A stretch of 64,000 nucleotides of DNA from Botryllus schlosseri (taxonomy: Eukaryota): NCBI GenBank assembly GCA_051294905.1, contig CM119372.1, forward strand, positions 11,038,001-11,102,000. Direction: 5' to 3'. Positions within the stretch are counted from its first letter, which is position 1. Each line of letters opens with the position of its first letter. The notes below the pieces were generated by a model. That model was not told the origin of the DNA. It did not search any database and was given only the letters and a program-made list of their open reading frames with translations. The position numbers and the translations under genes were made by a program. Positions 26,701 through 40,400 of the stretch are shown one piece after another.

Positions 26701-29700
26701 ATGAAACAATTAATTCGTCGCGCCAGAACAACCGGTACTGGTCGCGCCCCAGTTCCTATCTTGTAATATTCCATATCATTACAAGTGTTGTTAGGAAAGA
26801 GATCAACTGACACTTATTAGTTTAAATAGGACTGGGCACAATGATTTGAGTACTCGAATCTAAATCTAGTATAAATTCTAATTTTTCTAGTCGAGCAGTG
26901 AGAGATGATATTTTCTAGTACAAAAATCATACGCTCCTTGCCACTAAGAGTTAATTTATCAGCGATAATTATAGTTTTCATATTGTTTTCACTGTGGAAA
27001 ATTGTACACCTCGATTGGTTGTATCACAACATACGAAACATCTAGTAACAAGCTACGGACGTTAGTGGAAATAATATTTATGTGAAGTCGTGATCAACCC
27101 ACAGCATTGTCACACAGAGCGCAATGAAATAGCTATGGTCGTTAAAAGAGTAATTAATCTTTAATGTGGTGTGGAACGGGCATTACATTCTATGTGGTCC
27201 CACAAAAGCTATTATTTTAACAGCGGCGCTCCGAAAGCTCGTGTAATAAATATAATTATTACTTTGCAAGTGGACGTTAAATAAGGTGTGAAAGCAACCA
27301 AGATCTTATTATGATAATTGATGAAACTTATCACTCACGACAAATGCTTTGTGATCTCCAGTAGATGTGTACTCCAAATCGATTACATTCTTGTGCATAG
27401 GCATGAATGGCTGTACAGACACATTCACAATCCCCGCCCATATCACATCCGCAAGCATCATAAACACAGGCATCGTAATATTCCATTGGTGGCACAAGTG
27501 CATGACATGGCTAAGAATATATAGGAAATCACATAGTGGCCTGCACACAGAAAATGTGTGATAGTTACTTACAGCAAAGACACTCCCGGTAAGAATTGCA
27601 CATTTTCGTTCAGCCCAATATTTTCGATGTTTGTTGTCAGCACAAATATCGGTAGTGGCACTTACAGCATCACTTCCAGTCAGGTAAGTCTATGAATAAA
27701 TGATTTGTTTTACTTGGTAACTTCCAATTAACCATTATACGTTGCTACTGAATTGCACTATTTAGGCAGTTATCAATGAATTTTAGAGTCCCAATATTCA
27801 AGGTATTTCATTATCTTTATCAAATTTATATGATGAAGATCATTTTAGCATGTGGTGCACTTTTGATATAGCATATATATTAGATACGTACCTTCCACGA
27901 GTTCACGAAAGTTATTTCATTAACTTCGATGGAGTCCTGTGGCGTTTTGAAGTCATTAGTTTCCAGCCCATCAAAGTTACCACAAAGACCTAGAAGATTT
28001 GAACAGAATAGTCGCGTAATACATGTATTTCAATTCACAAAATATCTCATACCTTCAACTAATCCTCGGTGGCTTGCATCTACACGAACAATTGTGGTGG
28101 TTGTTTTATCCCATTGAAGGGTAACACCCATATCCTTGGCTTTCACAAATACCCATAACCCAACGTATGAAATTTCAAATGATCCAATCTATGAAACGAA
28201 TATATATCCTTTTGAGAAGTAAAGTCATAAGAAAACATTCAATCACGTTCCGATTCATTGACTAAAATTTTTAAATTAATTATGATCCGTATATGAAAAT
28301 TTACCCTTCGTTCTTGAACTGCTTTTCCTCGGACCATTTCGACAAAATTCTCCTTTTTGGGATCACCAGTATGGACAGAGAAGATAACACGTTTGGAGCA
28401 AGTGTTTCCTCTTGTACCGCATACAACATTTTCAATGGAAATCTTGAAATGAATTCAGAGTTTAGTTATTATAATTAAAACGTACACCAGTCTACCAAAT
28501 AGTACCTTGAAATTGTGTGGGTTATCAGATGTTGATCTCACAAACGTAAACTCATTCGATCCACTGAATTGGTAGCGGGCATTGTCGAAAGTAGTGTAAT
28601 GTGAGTCACCATATGCTCTACAAAGGCCAGCACATTCCTCTGTTCCGCAACTCCAAACACCCGTGATACAGCGGCTGAAAGCATGAATTCACAAATGTTT
28701 CATTCATAGAGTAAAACTGGTTTCGACAGCATGATTCAATTTTCAGTAAGTTGATTCATGACCGGTTCAAGGTGGAAGTTCATATGCTTCTCGTCCTATA
28801 TTATCCGTTCCGAATTGACAATCCCAGTGTTCTTACGAACAAGAAAGGGTTGTGTATATTTTGAATTGATACGTCACTTTCAAAAAAGGTCATTTACTCG
28901 ATCCGTCATGGAATCAAGGTGAAATTTCGTAATCACATTGAGACTGCAATGGCCATTTGCCTTTGATAAGCAGATCTGAGTTATAAGCTTGATAGAACCT
29001 TGAATATGAATCATTTTACCAATTTTTCGAGGGCCTTGACTTGAATATAATATATCGAAAGGTGAAAAAATTACACACTACCGAAAATGTATGATGTTTT
29101 ACCAAGTATTGCAATCTTGTTGCATAGTCTCATCTTCGCCATAGCTTCTTCCTCCATGGTAGCACGGGCAAGCAGTTGGATTAATACAAGAGCTGGATGC
29201 CTCATCCCAAACATAACCTTCTACACACTGACACCCAGCAATACACTTGGTAATCTGGTAGTTAAAGCTTTTATATGAATACTTTTATGTGGATATCACT
29301 ACCACTGACTAACCTTTCGGTTAATAGTAGGCAAATGCATGTTCAGGCAGGTCCTAAGATCTGGATCCATGCAGCTTGTAAACTCTTGATTATCGGTACA
29401 AGTCAATTTAACAGGACAATCGTTATCGGTGCAAGTCCACTTTCCATGGTGACATTCACTGTAAAAAATATTTGGACATAAAGTTGATGTCGTTCAGTTT
29501 CATCAATCAAAATGATGTTTATCAGCAAGATATATTTAAACGTTTAATATACAATACATCTCACCAAACATTACAGTCCTGCATTCTGGTCTCTCCTGGA
29601 TCATAGAGAAGTTCTTTAAATATACAGGTACATTCGGCAACGGAGACGCAGTTTCCATTATAATCAAAAACCTTTCAAAAGAGTCACAAATTGACAAATG

Positions 29701-32700
29701 TTTTGTCTGGGTGGATCCAAAGTTATTCTATTGCCTCACCATTCCATTGGGACAAGTGCATCCAGGGACACATTGTTCAGAGCAGAGATCCTGAGTTTGA
29801 AGGGATCCACATGATACACCACAAGCATTGGCGCATTCACGGAATGTAGTGCCAGCCTCACACATGGTTTCGCCAGCTAAAGGTATTTCAAACGGTTTAT
29901 TTTAAAACTGTTGATGATATATCTGTATATTTATCAATGGACAATATCCGCGATTGTTTCTTTAGCCAATTTACATAAAATTTCATGACGTCACACTTTG
30001 GTGTACAATTGAAAAAGCTTGAAACTACCAATACATTTCATATCATTTTGACTTGTAGTAGGCATATATATGTACTATATTTGTAAGTATCTTGAAAGTC
30101 TTACCACACTCTTCAATTCCGTCTCTCCATTCCTCGATAACTACTCCAAGTTTGGAACAAGCAATTGCGTAATCAGAGATACTACGGCATTGTGCTTTCG
30201 TGTCTTCAGAACCGCAAATGTCAGCCATGCAGTTCTCATAAAACTGCCTGTAGTTCACAACTTCGTGGCAATCTGTTTCACAAAGAAGTGAGATATTGTT
30301 AATTCAAGGTGATCTCCTCGAGTTCATAGTTGAGATGTTGAATCAGCAAGAGATATTTAAAATATAATCACAGGAATAAAATCTCACTCGTGAAAGGGTG
30401 CGATGTTAGTCTATTACAAGCTTCACGGGCACGAGCCTTATACGCTTTGTGGATGTCACATGGCGAGGTCAACGTCAACGCAGTAGTTGGGAACATGCAT
30501 GTTCCGGTAACCCTGTTTTAAAAGTGAGTATAAATAGGAGAGTTATTCGTTTCAAGTAAATATTCTACCATTCATCTCCGAAATCGTTTGCATTTGCAGC
30601 AACATCTCCTTTTTTAGTCCAGAAATCATCTGTAGTCTGTCCATTAAAGTTGCCGCACATTCCTCTGACTTTGCTGCTCAGAGAAGGCTGTGCACGAATG
30701 TAGATACGATCTTTTCCGTCGAAAAGAATGGTCAAGCCGCTGTTGATGGTTATCTGAAAATGACATATTCATATAAGACAGGGAAGACCAACTTCTGTTC
30801 GATTGCGATAGACTGAGATAAATTTCAAGAACTCGCAACGCAATCGACCAGTTAGTCTCAGAAAGAAACGTCACAATGCGCCGTCTTCTGACACTTGTAT
30901 AGCATATTAGTTTTTATTCACCCTTTATAGATAAACCTCATCCACTTGGGAAGGAAATTATGGAGAGGTATTCGATTCTGGAAAACAGGGGGTGATCCGA
31001 CATACGAAACATCCCCTTGTCTACAGGCGACTGCTAGTAACACACACGTTTCGATAAAAGACATCAGCTGGAATTTTTTAAATATTATCAGTGATCATGA
31101 ACACTATAATTATGAACTTTCACTTGACTTGCGAAAGTATGAGAACTTTTAGCGAACCAGAAACCTACTCCTCATGGGCCGAAATCGGTCCGCGGACCAG
31201 CAGTTACCGACCACTGCCCTAAATGAAGAGCCCGAGGTTCACTTGCTGAAGGCTTTTCAACTCACTTTCGTCAAAAACCCACAACACATTATTATGACTA
31301 GATTGGAGTGAGCCTTACCTTGTAAAATTTAGTAGTGACTTTTTCCACAGCATAAAAGTAATTGTGGTAGGGCAAGAGTCGTTCTTCTCCCTTGATTTCA
31401 GCAATACCAGTATGCATGATCTTTGCTTCTTCTCCATTCACAGTCACGCTCAATGATCTATCACAGTCTTGAGCACTAAAGATCACGTATCAATAATGAA
31501 TGCGATTCATTGGACCACGATTATGTTGCCACATACCCGCAGGTTTTGATGAGTTTCACTTCAAACGCAATGTCTTGCATTCCTTCGCTTTGGGCAAGGG
31601 TATAGCTGCATTTCCCATTGAAGTCAAAATGTTTGCCATCGAATGTAGTAAAATGGTCGCCAACAGCCTTGCAAACTGCATCACACGTGTTCTTTGTGCA
31701 TACCCATTTTCCAGAGGAACACAAGCTGTTAAGTCACAGAGGCATGGCGATTATTACATAACCAAGCAATCATCGACTACCGGTATCTTCATTTCTTAAA
31801 TCGATTCCGATAGACTTTTGTGCTATTAATTATTATTTAGCATCTAATAATAGAGATTGTCCTAAATTAACGAGTTAAGCAGATCATCAGTTTTGCCTTT
31901 CCCATTAGATTCCAATATGATGTAGTTCTTTATTTACAATTGCACGTTTTAGAATTTAGAATTTTAGATGATATATTATATCCAAAATTCGGTGTGGTTC
32001 CATATTGATTTTGGCGGTGTTCCATACCGAAATAGGTTGTGAGATTTCGTATCGTACGCCTCGATGATGTCTAATTTTACCGCTTTCATTCAAGTATTTG
32101 TTCGGCAATATTATGTTTTCCAATGTCAATTTCACCACAAAATTACAAGCTGTATTTGTTGTGCAACAGTCTGTTTGGTCGCTAAAGGCTGAAATCTCGT
32201 ATGTTGTTCCGACGCCGAATTTCCGAGATTGCTATAGTCTTTGGTCTTCGAAGACCATTCAAATTGATGTGTTGGATTCCATATGGCATATCTGTTTGCA
32301 ACATTTGTTTTTTGTGATATATAGCACTGATTTTTTTTACTTGGCAGAGAGTATGAACGCACACCGAATTTTCCAATGTCTCATGAATGCAATCAAATAC
32401 AGATTGTGAGAGTCTTATGTCCGAGATCAATGTAGGTCATTCCATATATTTGTCTGCCTGTACAATGGGCTTGTAGATGAGAATATACATGTTCTCTATG
32501 GTGATTAATGCAATATAGTTCGATGAATTGTTCCTTATTCTTGACAACACTGAAAATTGCGGGATTTTCCCTAATTTTTGGATTGAATAAATTATACGGC
32601 TTTGGTGGATAGCATTATGCCCGAGCATCTCGACAACACGACAGTAGCAGCGGGCATCTCAAGGCATCCCCCACGGCACACCGCTTACACAAGCACTGTT

Positions 32701-34422
32701 CGAGTTAGACTCTAGTCTAGAGGACGTGTGAATATACGATGACGTCACATTTTCATGCCAGAAGATGAAATTATGACATCATCATCACAAAAAATCGCGA
32801 AATTGTAGGCCCTTGCCCCACCACCCAACCTTGTCACGAGCCGCCACTGGTGTTAGCTGCTGGTTTCACATATTAAAACATGGGTGAAATCCACTGATTC
32901 AGTATTTGATTAATTTAGATGAATTTATCCATGGAACTATCTATCCCTACTTACTACATACCATCTGTTGCAATCCCTTCTGATTCTGGAACCAGGGGCA
33001 TATTCTTTCCTTGCATATTGACAAGGACATTCCTTGCGGGTGACACAAGTTCCATTGTGAAGATAAGTACCTGCACAAAATTATCTTGAGAAGCTACAAC
33101 TAACTACAGCATATAATACAATACCATCTGGACAGTGACATCCTTCAATGCAGTGATCGTTTTCGCAATTGTAACTGGTGTCATAACAAGTCTTTGGGCA
33201 CGAAGATCCGCATGCATCATAGCATTGTTTATCCGGGCAGTTCATGGCTGGGGAATTATTAGCATTATTTAATGAATACAGTTGAAGTCAAGTATGGATA
33301 CATACCGCATCGGCCTTCATTCCTCCACTCCACAATAACACCAAAACGAGAACACTCTCGGAAGTATGATGCCATTGAAGAACATACACTATCATCATCA
33401 CCGCTATAGCAAACATCTTCTTTACATGCTTCGAAAAATGGTAGTGGGTTGATGACCTGCCAGTCAAAAGGATAAGTATATTGCATTATATATGTTTGTA
33501 TTATAATATAAGATATAATTTGATGATTGAAGAGAAGAAATAGAAAATACAAGACGGATTATCAATAAATGAAAACAGAGCCTGCTAAAATAACAAATAT
33601 TTATTTTCACAATCACCTGATGTTTTGAAAAGACGTACCCTGTTGGAAAGGTAATTGGCATGTACGAAAATCTGATTTACGAACATGCATGAAATCAATC
33701 AGCGTTGGGAGATATGGAAACCTACTCAAAACGTTGTATGCGTCCCTTGATTTTGGGAGCAAGTTTACAAAGTTGGTGATCGACTTGAAACTACAATGAT
33801 TAAATTTGATCATTCTGAAATCCAGGAAATCGCAACTCCATTGATATCTCGGAAATGTATAAATTTCTAATGTTTCAGTGACTGTTGGCACACACGAAAT
33901 TTTTGCATTAGTTGAAAGCTATACATGTGACCTCGTGATGCAGACATGCTGTTTTTGCAACAATATTTACAAAAATATAGAGCTCTCACATATTTGCATT
34001 TGGTGTCCAAAATGAATTTGCATCCCTGCAATGCCTTGGCAATGACTTTTCGCTTTTCATCGGTAGCCTTGCTGCAATATGTTTGTGAAGTGCTTGCACA
34101 AACTAAAAATGAATGCAAATCTTGATAACTCAATTGACTCCTCAATGCCGTTCGCCAGAATTACGTACCTCCTTCGGCCCACGAAGAAGCAAAGGTAGCA
34201 ACATTCTCAACGTCGGAGCCGTCTGGTTTTTTGAAATCATCATTGTGATCTTCATTGTAGCTACCACAGAGACCTTGAGTGCGATCTTTATAATCCTCAC
34301 CAACCTGTTGTTACACCAATAAAGTTAGACATTTTGCATTCGATGAATTTCAGATCCATATAGTTGACCACTAAGGTTCATAGAATGTGAGAAACCATGC
34401 TGCAACGCAGGCAAAGTGCTTT

Positions 34423-34455
<33 letters not shown>

Positions 34456-37400
34456 TGCTGATCAAATGGTCCTTGGTAATGTATGATACTTACTCTGATG
34501 TATACCGCTTCCCTGCCATCCCATTTCAAGTAGAAATCGCTTTGAGGATCTCGAATGACAATAAAGTCTGCCACACGTTGCATGAGAATTCCAGTCATGG
34601 AAGCAGGTAGTGTGACCTGAACGTCATCAGCGAATACTGCGGGATCACCATTTTCGGGGTCTCCCTTCAACTCCAAGACCAAATCTCCAATAAACATTGA
34701 TACAGTTCTGAAATATTGAAGTCGCGGATTAAAATCAAAAATTATAACGTAAGACGGAAGGATTCATTCCACACCCATATTAATTTATGACAGCGAATAA
34801 ACTAATAAGCATGCTATTATTTTTGTAACAATTATGACGTTATACCGAATTCAATAAGTCCATGAAAGTAACATATACCTTGCATGAGATATCCTACCAA
34901 GTACCAACTTGAAATTGTGTTGCTTAGATAAAATCAGTAAACTGCCTAATCATAATGATAAGTTTGTAGCGAAAGTGATCAAAAGGTCAGTTTTGTAAAG
35001 GGAAATTTTCAGATCTATGAGACTATACGTATGCACTCCTTACACTTTGGTTCTGGAAGGAATAACTCACTACTTGTACTACATACTGCACACGGATGCG
35101 GCATATACGACTGAAATCAAGTCGCGTGAATTAGAGAATGATTTTGGCTTTTGCGTTGGAAACTTATGACAATACCAATTGTAAAGAAGATATATCAACG
35201 TGTGTAACGTATACTACTATAGACTTGGAGTCAGACGGAGTCGGTCATTAAATCAGAAAAGAAAAATAGAACCTTTTCGTTGTAGTAGTACAGCATTATG
35301 AATAGGCATTACGTTTACATTTCATTACTGAAGATAAGTTCTGTAAATACAATATTTCATTTGGCCAACATTCAAAATAGTTACATCGAATTCAAAGAGG
35401 TATAAAATTGTAACTCCTTGCAGAAATGTGATTATAAATTGGTACTGAATTTTACCTTCTACAATTCAAGCCAGTGCAATCAGGTTGGTTTTGCATGGTA
35501 ACTGAAATGAGGTGGTCAGTATCTTCAAACAGAGTGTATGTGCATTCTCCAGAGAATCTGTATATTTTGCCGTCAAAGGTACGATAATGATGTTGTCCCC
35601 ACGTCATACAATATCCTGTTTGTTCAACAGGAGTGTCGTCTCTAGTGTAGATAGCAGTGACTGCTGCATAACCGTTTGGATCCACGGGGTCTGTTGTTTC
35701 TGCATTAGAAATTAGTTTGTGCCATCAGACATTGTACATTTTATTTTTTGCCTTTTCACTCACCAAGACACTTGGGCTTGATGTTGGGAGTCCAGCTTCC
35801 GCCTGCACACGTGAAATATTCGCCTGGCTCGATGACATCCAGTACAAAGCCTGGGTCACAATATGGTGTGCAAATATGTTTTGAATCCTTGATATCGCAG
35901 ATTATACGGCCATTGGTTGGTGATTCCATGTTGATACACCTTGCAATTGTAAGAGAGTCAAGACAAATAACACTTCAGAGCGCCCCTGGCATATATTATT
36001 TTGCAGTCGCTCACCCAGAAAATCAGTCAAATAATGGAAAATTACAACTAGAATAAATTTTAGGAGCATGTGTCATATGTTCAGAGATCAGAAAGTAGAA
36101 AAGTACTTAATGCTGACAAGCCTACTCTACTCAAGTGGTTTTGGTTCGAAGCTACCTTTGAAGTCAAATTGAACAATTTTTTAACGTCGGGGTGCTTACT
36201 GTCTACTTTTCGACTGCTTCCAATTTGGGTACGACAAGATTCCCTTGACGGGAATCTAGGATACAATTGTTTACTATGATTGAAGTTACTTACTTCTCAT
36301 ATAATTGATTTAATGATTTAAACTAAAGAGTAGTTTGGGGTGGAACACATTACTTGCAATTGTGTAGAATTTTCAAGTGAGTATGCTTGAGCAGAATAAC
36401 AAGTTCTGTAACCAATTTGCGTTCAAATTTGATCCCGCACAATCATCCGTTGCAAAAAAATATTTCGATTCACAACACAATTTAGCAGAACTCACTCTTT
36501 CTCTCCGAAAATGCACTCAGGAAACTCGCCCACCGCTGGTAGTGGTGGCGACCATTCACCAGACTGCATGTCGCACATGAACATGTGAGAGTTAACAGTT
36601 CGGAAGCCTTCACTGCACTTGATCGAACAAAGTTTAGTGTCACCGGTAACCATGCAATCAGACACGCCATTGACAGGCTCTGCTGCGAAGCAGATAATCT
36701 CTGCAAAGGGAAAACGCAAGTGTTGAGCACTATCGAATTTGTATACTTTCAAGGCAACTGGGCCCACTAGATAATCAAATACATCAAGTATTTGTAGCGA
36801 CTTGATAAGCACTGTGACAGTGCCACGTAGAGCAGTATGTTGTGAAGGATGACAAGTTTTCACATATGCAGTTTTTTTAGAAATAACATACATTACGCAA
36901 TTTCTAATGGGGGTACCTCGAAATAATGCATAATGTGAACACATATGAGTAATGTTTACATATACATTAGGGTTATGACTTGAAAAAAATTCAAAATTTT
37001 TTGTGTCCTGTAGTCACAAATGAGGAACTTTTGTGTCCTGATAAAATTATTTTTATCAAGTCATAACCCTAATATACATATATTATCGCAATGCTGGTCA
37101 AAGTATTCAACATTCCTGGTCAAGTACAAGGAGTAGTTGGCACTACAGTAAAAATAGAAGGCGACAAATTCTACTCGATACCAAGTAGAAGTAGCTATTT
37201 CGAAGATATACTTGAAGTACTTCAATTAGAAGGAGAATGTGAGAGGTGTGAAAAGTTCTCATGTAACTAGTTTCGAAAAGTAGTATTGGCATTCTGTTAA
37301 TAATCAATCAGAGGTGGGCTGCTTTCGAAATCGAGAGTTGCATCATTGACCAACAAGAAATGCCAAATGACATTGCAAATAGGTGCACTTCTCGAAAAGA

Positions 37401-40400
37401 TAATATTCAATTACTGCAACTACAGCAATTACAAAAATTACAGCAAAATTGATGCAAACACATCCCAAATCTACTTTTCACTTCACAATTTCCAAACTTG
37501 TTTCGCTTCAAAAAAGATTAGGTAGACGTGATATATATGTAAAACATCCTCTTGACTACTCCAGAGAATAGAAATGCTTCGTTACTGGCCATCTCCGACG
37601 GATGGCTTCGTTTTGTACAATGAAACTAATAAAGCTAATGCAGCTAATGAGAAATGTTCACACTGGGCAGTAGGGTTTTTCAAAAATTGCTTTTTTCGGG
37701 ATCCAGGGATCCACTGATTAAATTGTTATGTCGCTTGAAAAAGGCTGCACACCAAATTTGGCTCAATTCCAACCAGCCGGAGCCGCAGCAGAGTCAATTG
37801 AAATTTTTAAATTTATTATAAAAATGAAATAGTTTCTAATTTTAGTGTCAATGTCAACCCCATGAAATTGTTATGTGGATGTGGATTGTCATGTGGATGC
37901 CTAAAATAATGATTCATAATGATTGTTGCTCACATTCAGCCGGTAGAAGTGAAGTGATTGCAGTTGAAACTTGTGGATATGTAAAAATAGCATTGATGAT
38001 GGCTAATCCCAGAATCACGTGATGAAAAACTCAAATAACTTCGCTTCTACAGGTTGGAATTGCGTCAAATTTCTTTTGCATCGTTCTTATAGATAACTCA
38101 ACAATCCCATGGGGTTGACTGTATACTTCGAAAAAAAATTAATCAATTTTTTTTTAATAATTACAAAAATTCCAATTGGCTCTGCCGCGGCTTCGGTTGG
38201 TTGGAATGGAGCCGAATGTGGTGTACAGCCTTTTCTAAGCAACCTAACAATTTAATTAGGGAATCCCGGGAATCTGGACAACCCCACCGCGCAGTGCATC
38301 CTGGCGATCCTCTAATATGGTAAATAGCCACAGGTCATCGACAATGGGAGCTCGGCTTGACTTGCCTAATCTACTATTTCCTTCTACTGCCTTTGGTATT
38401 GAACAGAGGTGGTCAAAGTAGCCACCGTCGCTACTCAAGTAGAAGTAGAAGTAACGTCGGAATTTCTACTCAAGTAGAAGTAGGGCTGGTGGTTCACAAG
38501 TAAGTAAGTAAGTAGGTATTCTATGCTTATTTTTGCCTACAAAACTGAAAATTGTCAAGTAGAAGTAGAAGTAGTCTAAAATCATAACTACTTAAAAAGT
38601 AGTGTGAGTAGTCAAAATCTACTTCAAGTACTTCAAAAAGTAGAAGTACTTCGTTACTGACCACCTCTGGTATTGAAAACCTGTCCTTCTGCTTGAGTGA
38701 TTTCACCTATATGTAGTGCCATCAGTAATTACGTGTTAGTTACTAAGTTACATCTTGCAATTTCGAAAGTATAGTCATCTACGATAAACCGCCAAAAGTA
38801 TGCGCGCGCGCGATCCCTCAGCCAAATGTAGTGTTTGTAACTACTTACTTGAATACTTCTCAGACTTTGAAAATGTACTTCCACTTGAAGTAGCTCTGGT
38901 ACGTCTTGGAAATCACTGCTTCTACTTGTAATTGAATACGAAATTTTGGCTTCTACTTGCGTAACAACGCCAACTAGTGACTACTTTGACCTCCTCTGCG
39001 AGATACTCTCTCCTATCTGTTATTAATTGTACTTTTTGTGATCGTTGACAACATGTTGATTCTGGATTCAGTTCGAGATCATGGATTGGGGTTTTGAATT
39101 GCGAAAACATTTTGTGCAAGAAATTCGGGATTAGGTTTCCATCGAAAAGTCACCTTGAGCAACGGGAAATTATGTTGATACCAGTTAAAATTGGAGCGAC
39201 AAATGTATCAAAGAAATGGTAATAATTTACGTCTGCACTCCAGACGCTTTGGTTCCACGTCCCAGGTGTCGGTACTTCTGTCGCAAGTGTATACACGGGT
39301 ATCATCAGTTTCTCCAGAATCGTCTTGGACAAATTCGTAGCCCAACTTGCATTTGGCGGTACAAGTTCTAAATTAGAAAACACGGTTACTTTCCGGTCCG
39401 TATCTACTTATGGATCGCGTACGTCTTATCTCCTTCTGTTGCGCAATTCCATTCCCCGTGTTTTGGCGCTACGGGTACGGAGCAGGGGCCTGAACGTAAA
39501 ATGTCAAGAATGAGTAATTTGCCAACATGTATGTATTATGTAAGCGCTCTACTCAACGCTATATCGGGAACCTGTGATGACCAAGTTTTACATGATATTT
39601 CGAATTATTATTTTAAACGACTTGATTATCCATCAAAATATTGATTGGTTGATGTAAAGTTGGATCGAAGTCAAAGTAACAATTGATATTAGGAGTGACC
39701 TCGCAGCGATTCGGTTTGTCGGCATTTTGCCAAGCCTTTGCTACCATTATTCTGGAAAAAGGGCCCGTCATATATATATTTCAATTTGACATATATTTGG
39801 AATGTGTGTAACGTCGCATGCTCGATTATGTCGTCATTGAAAAATAAATGGCAAAACAATGGTGGAATTTAAAATCAATGCGCAAAAGAGCGCCCTGACC
39901 ATTCACTAAATTATTCCGTACCCGTTTATAATTGTAATATATTCAATATAGCAACGCTATTACAATCGCAATGATATAACATCGGCTAGTAAAATATGAA
40001 AACACGCACGATAACAGACGCATATGTGACTTGAACTGACTTCATTATGTGCAAGGTGACATTATGTACGGACAAGATTGAGATCTTCACTATCGTCGCA
40101 GTGAGGAATGAGAAAATCACGCCATTCTAGTCTACAGACGCGAGTCACAGTTACAGAATCTGTATTTCGCGTGGTAGGACATTCGGTAAGTTTGGAACTC
40201 AAAACATGTGCGAGACGTGAAATAAAGTGACGTTTGCAGTATGCTATGTGTTATGGTGGAACGGAAAAATTTTCACAATGCAATGAATATATAATCCGAT
40301 ATCCCGAAACGTTAATATATGGCTGAACAGTCATTATGACATAAAATGAAAATCACAAATACGTCTGCGTGATAGTTTTGCCGATCAGTAGCCCGGAACG

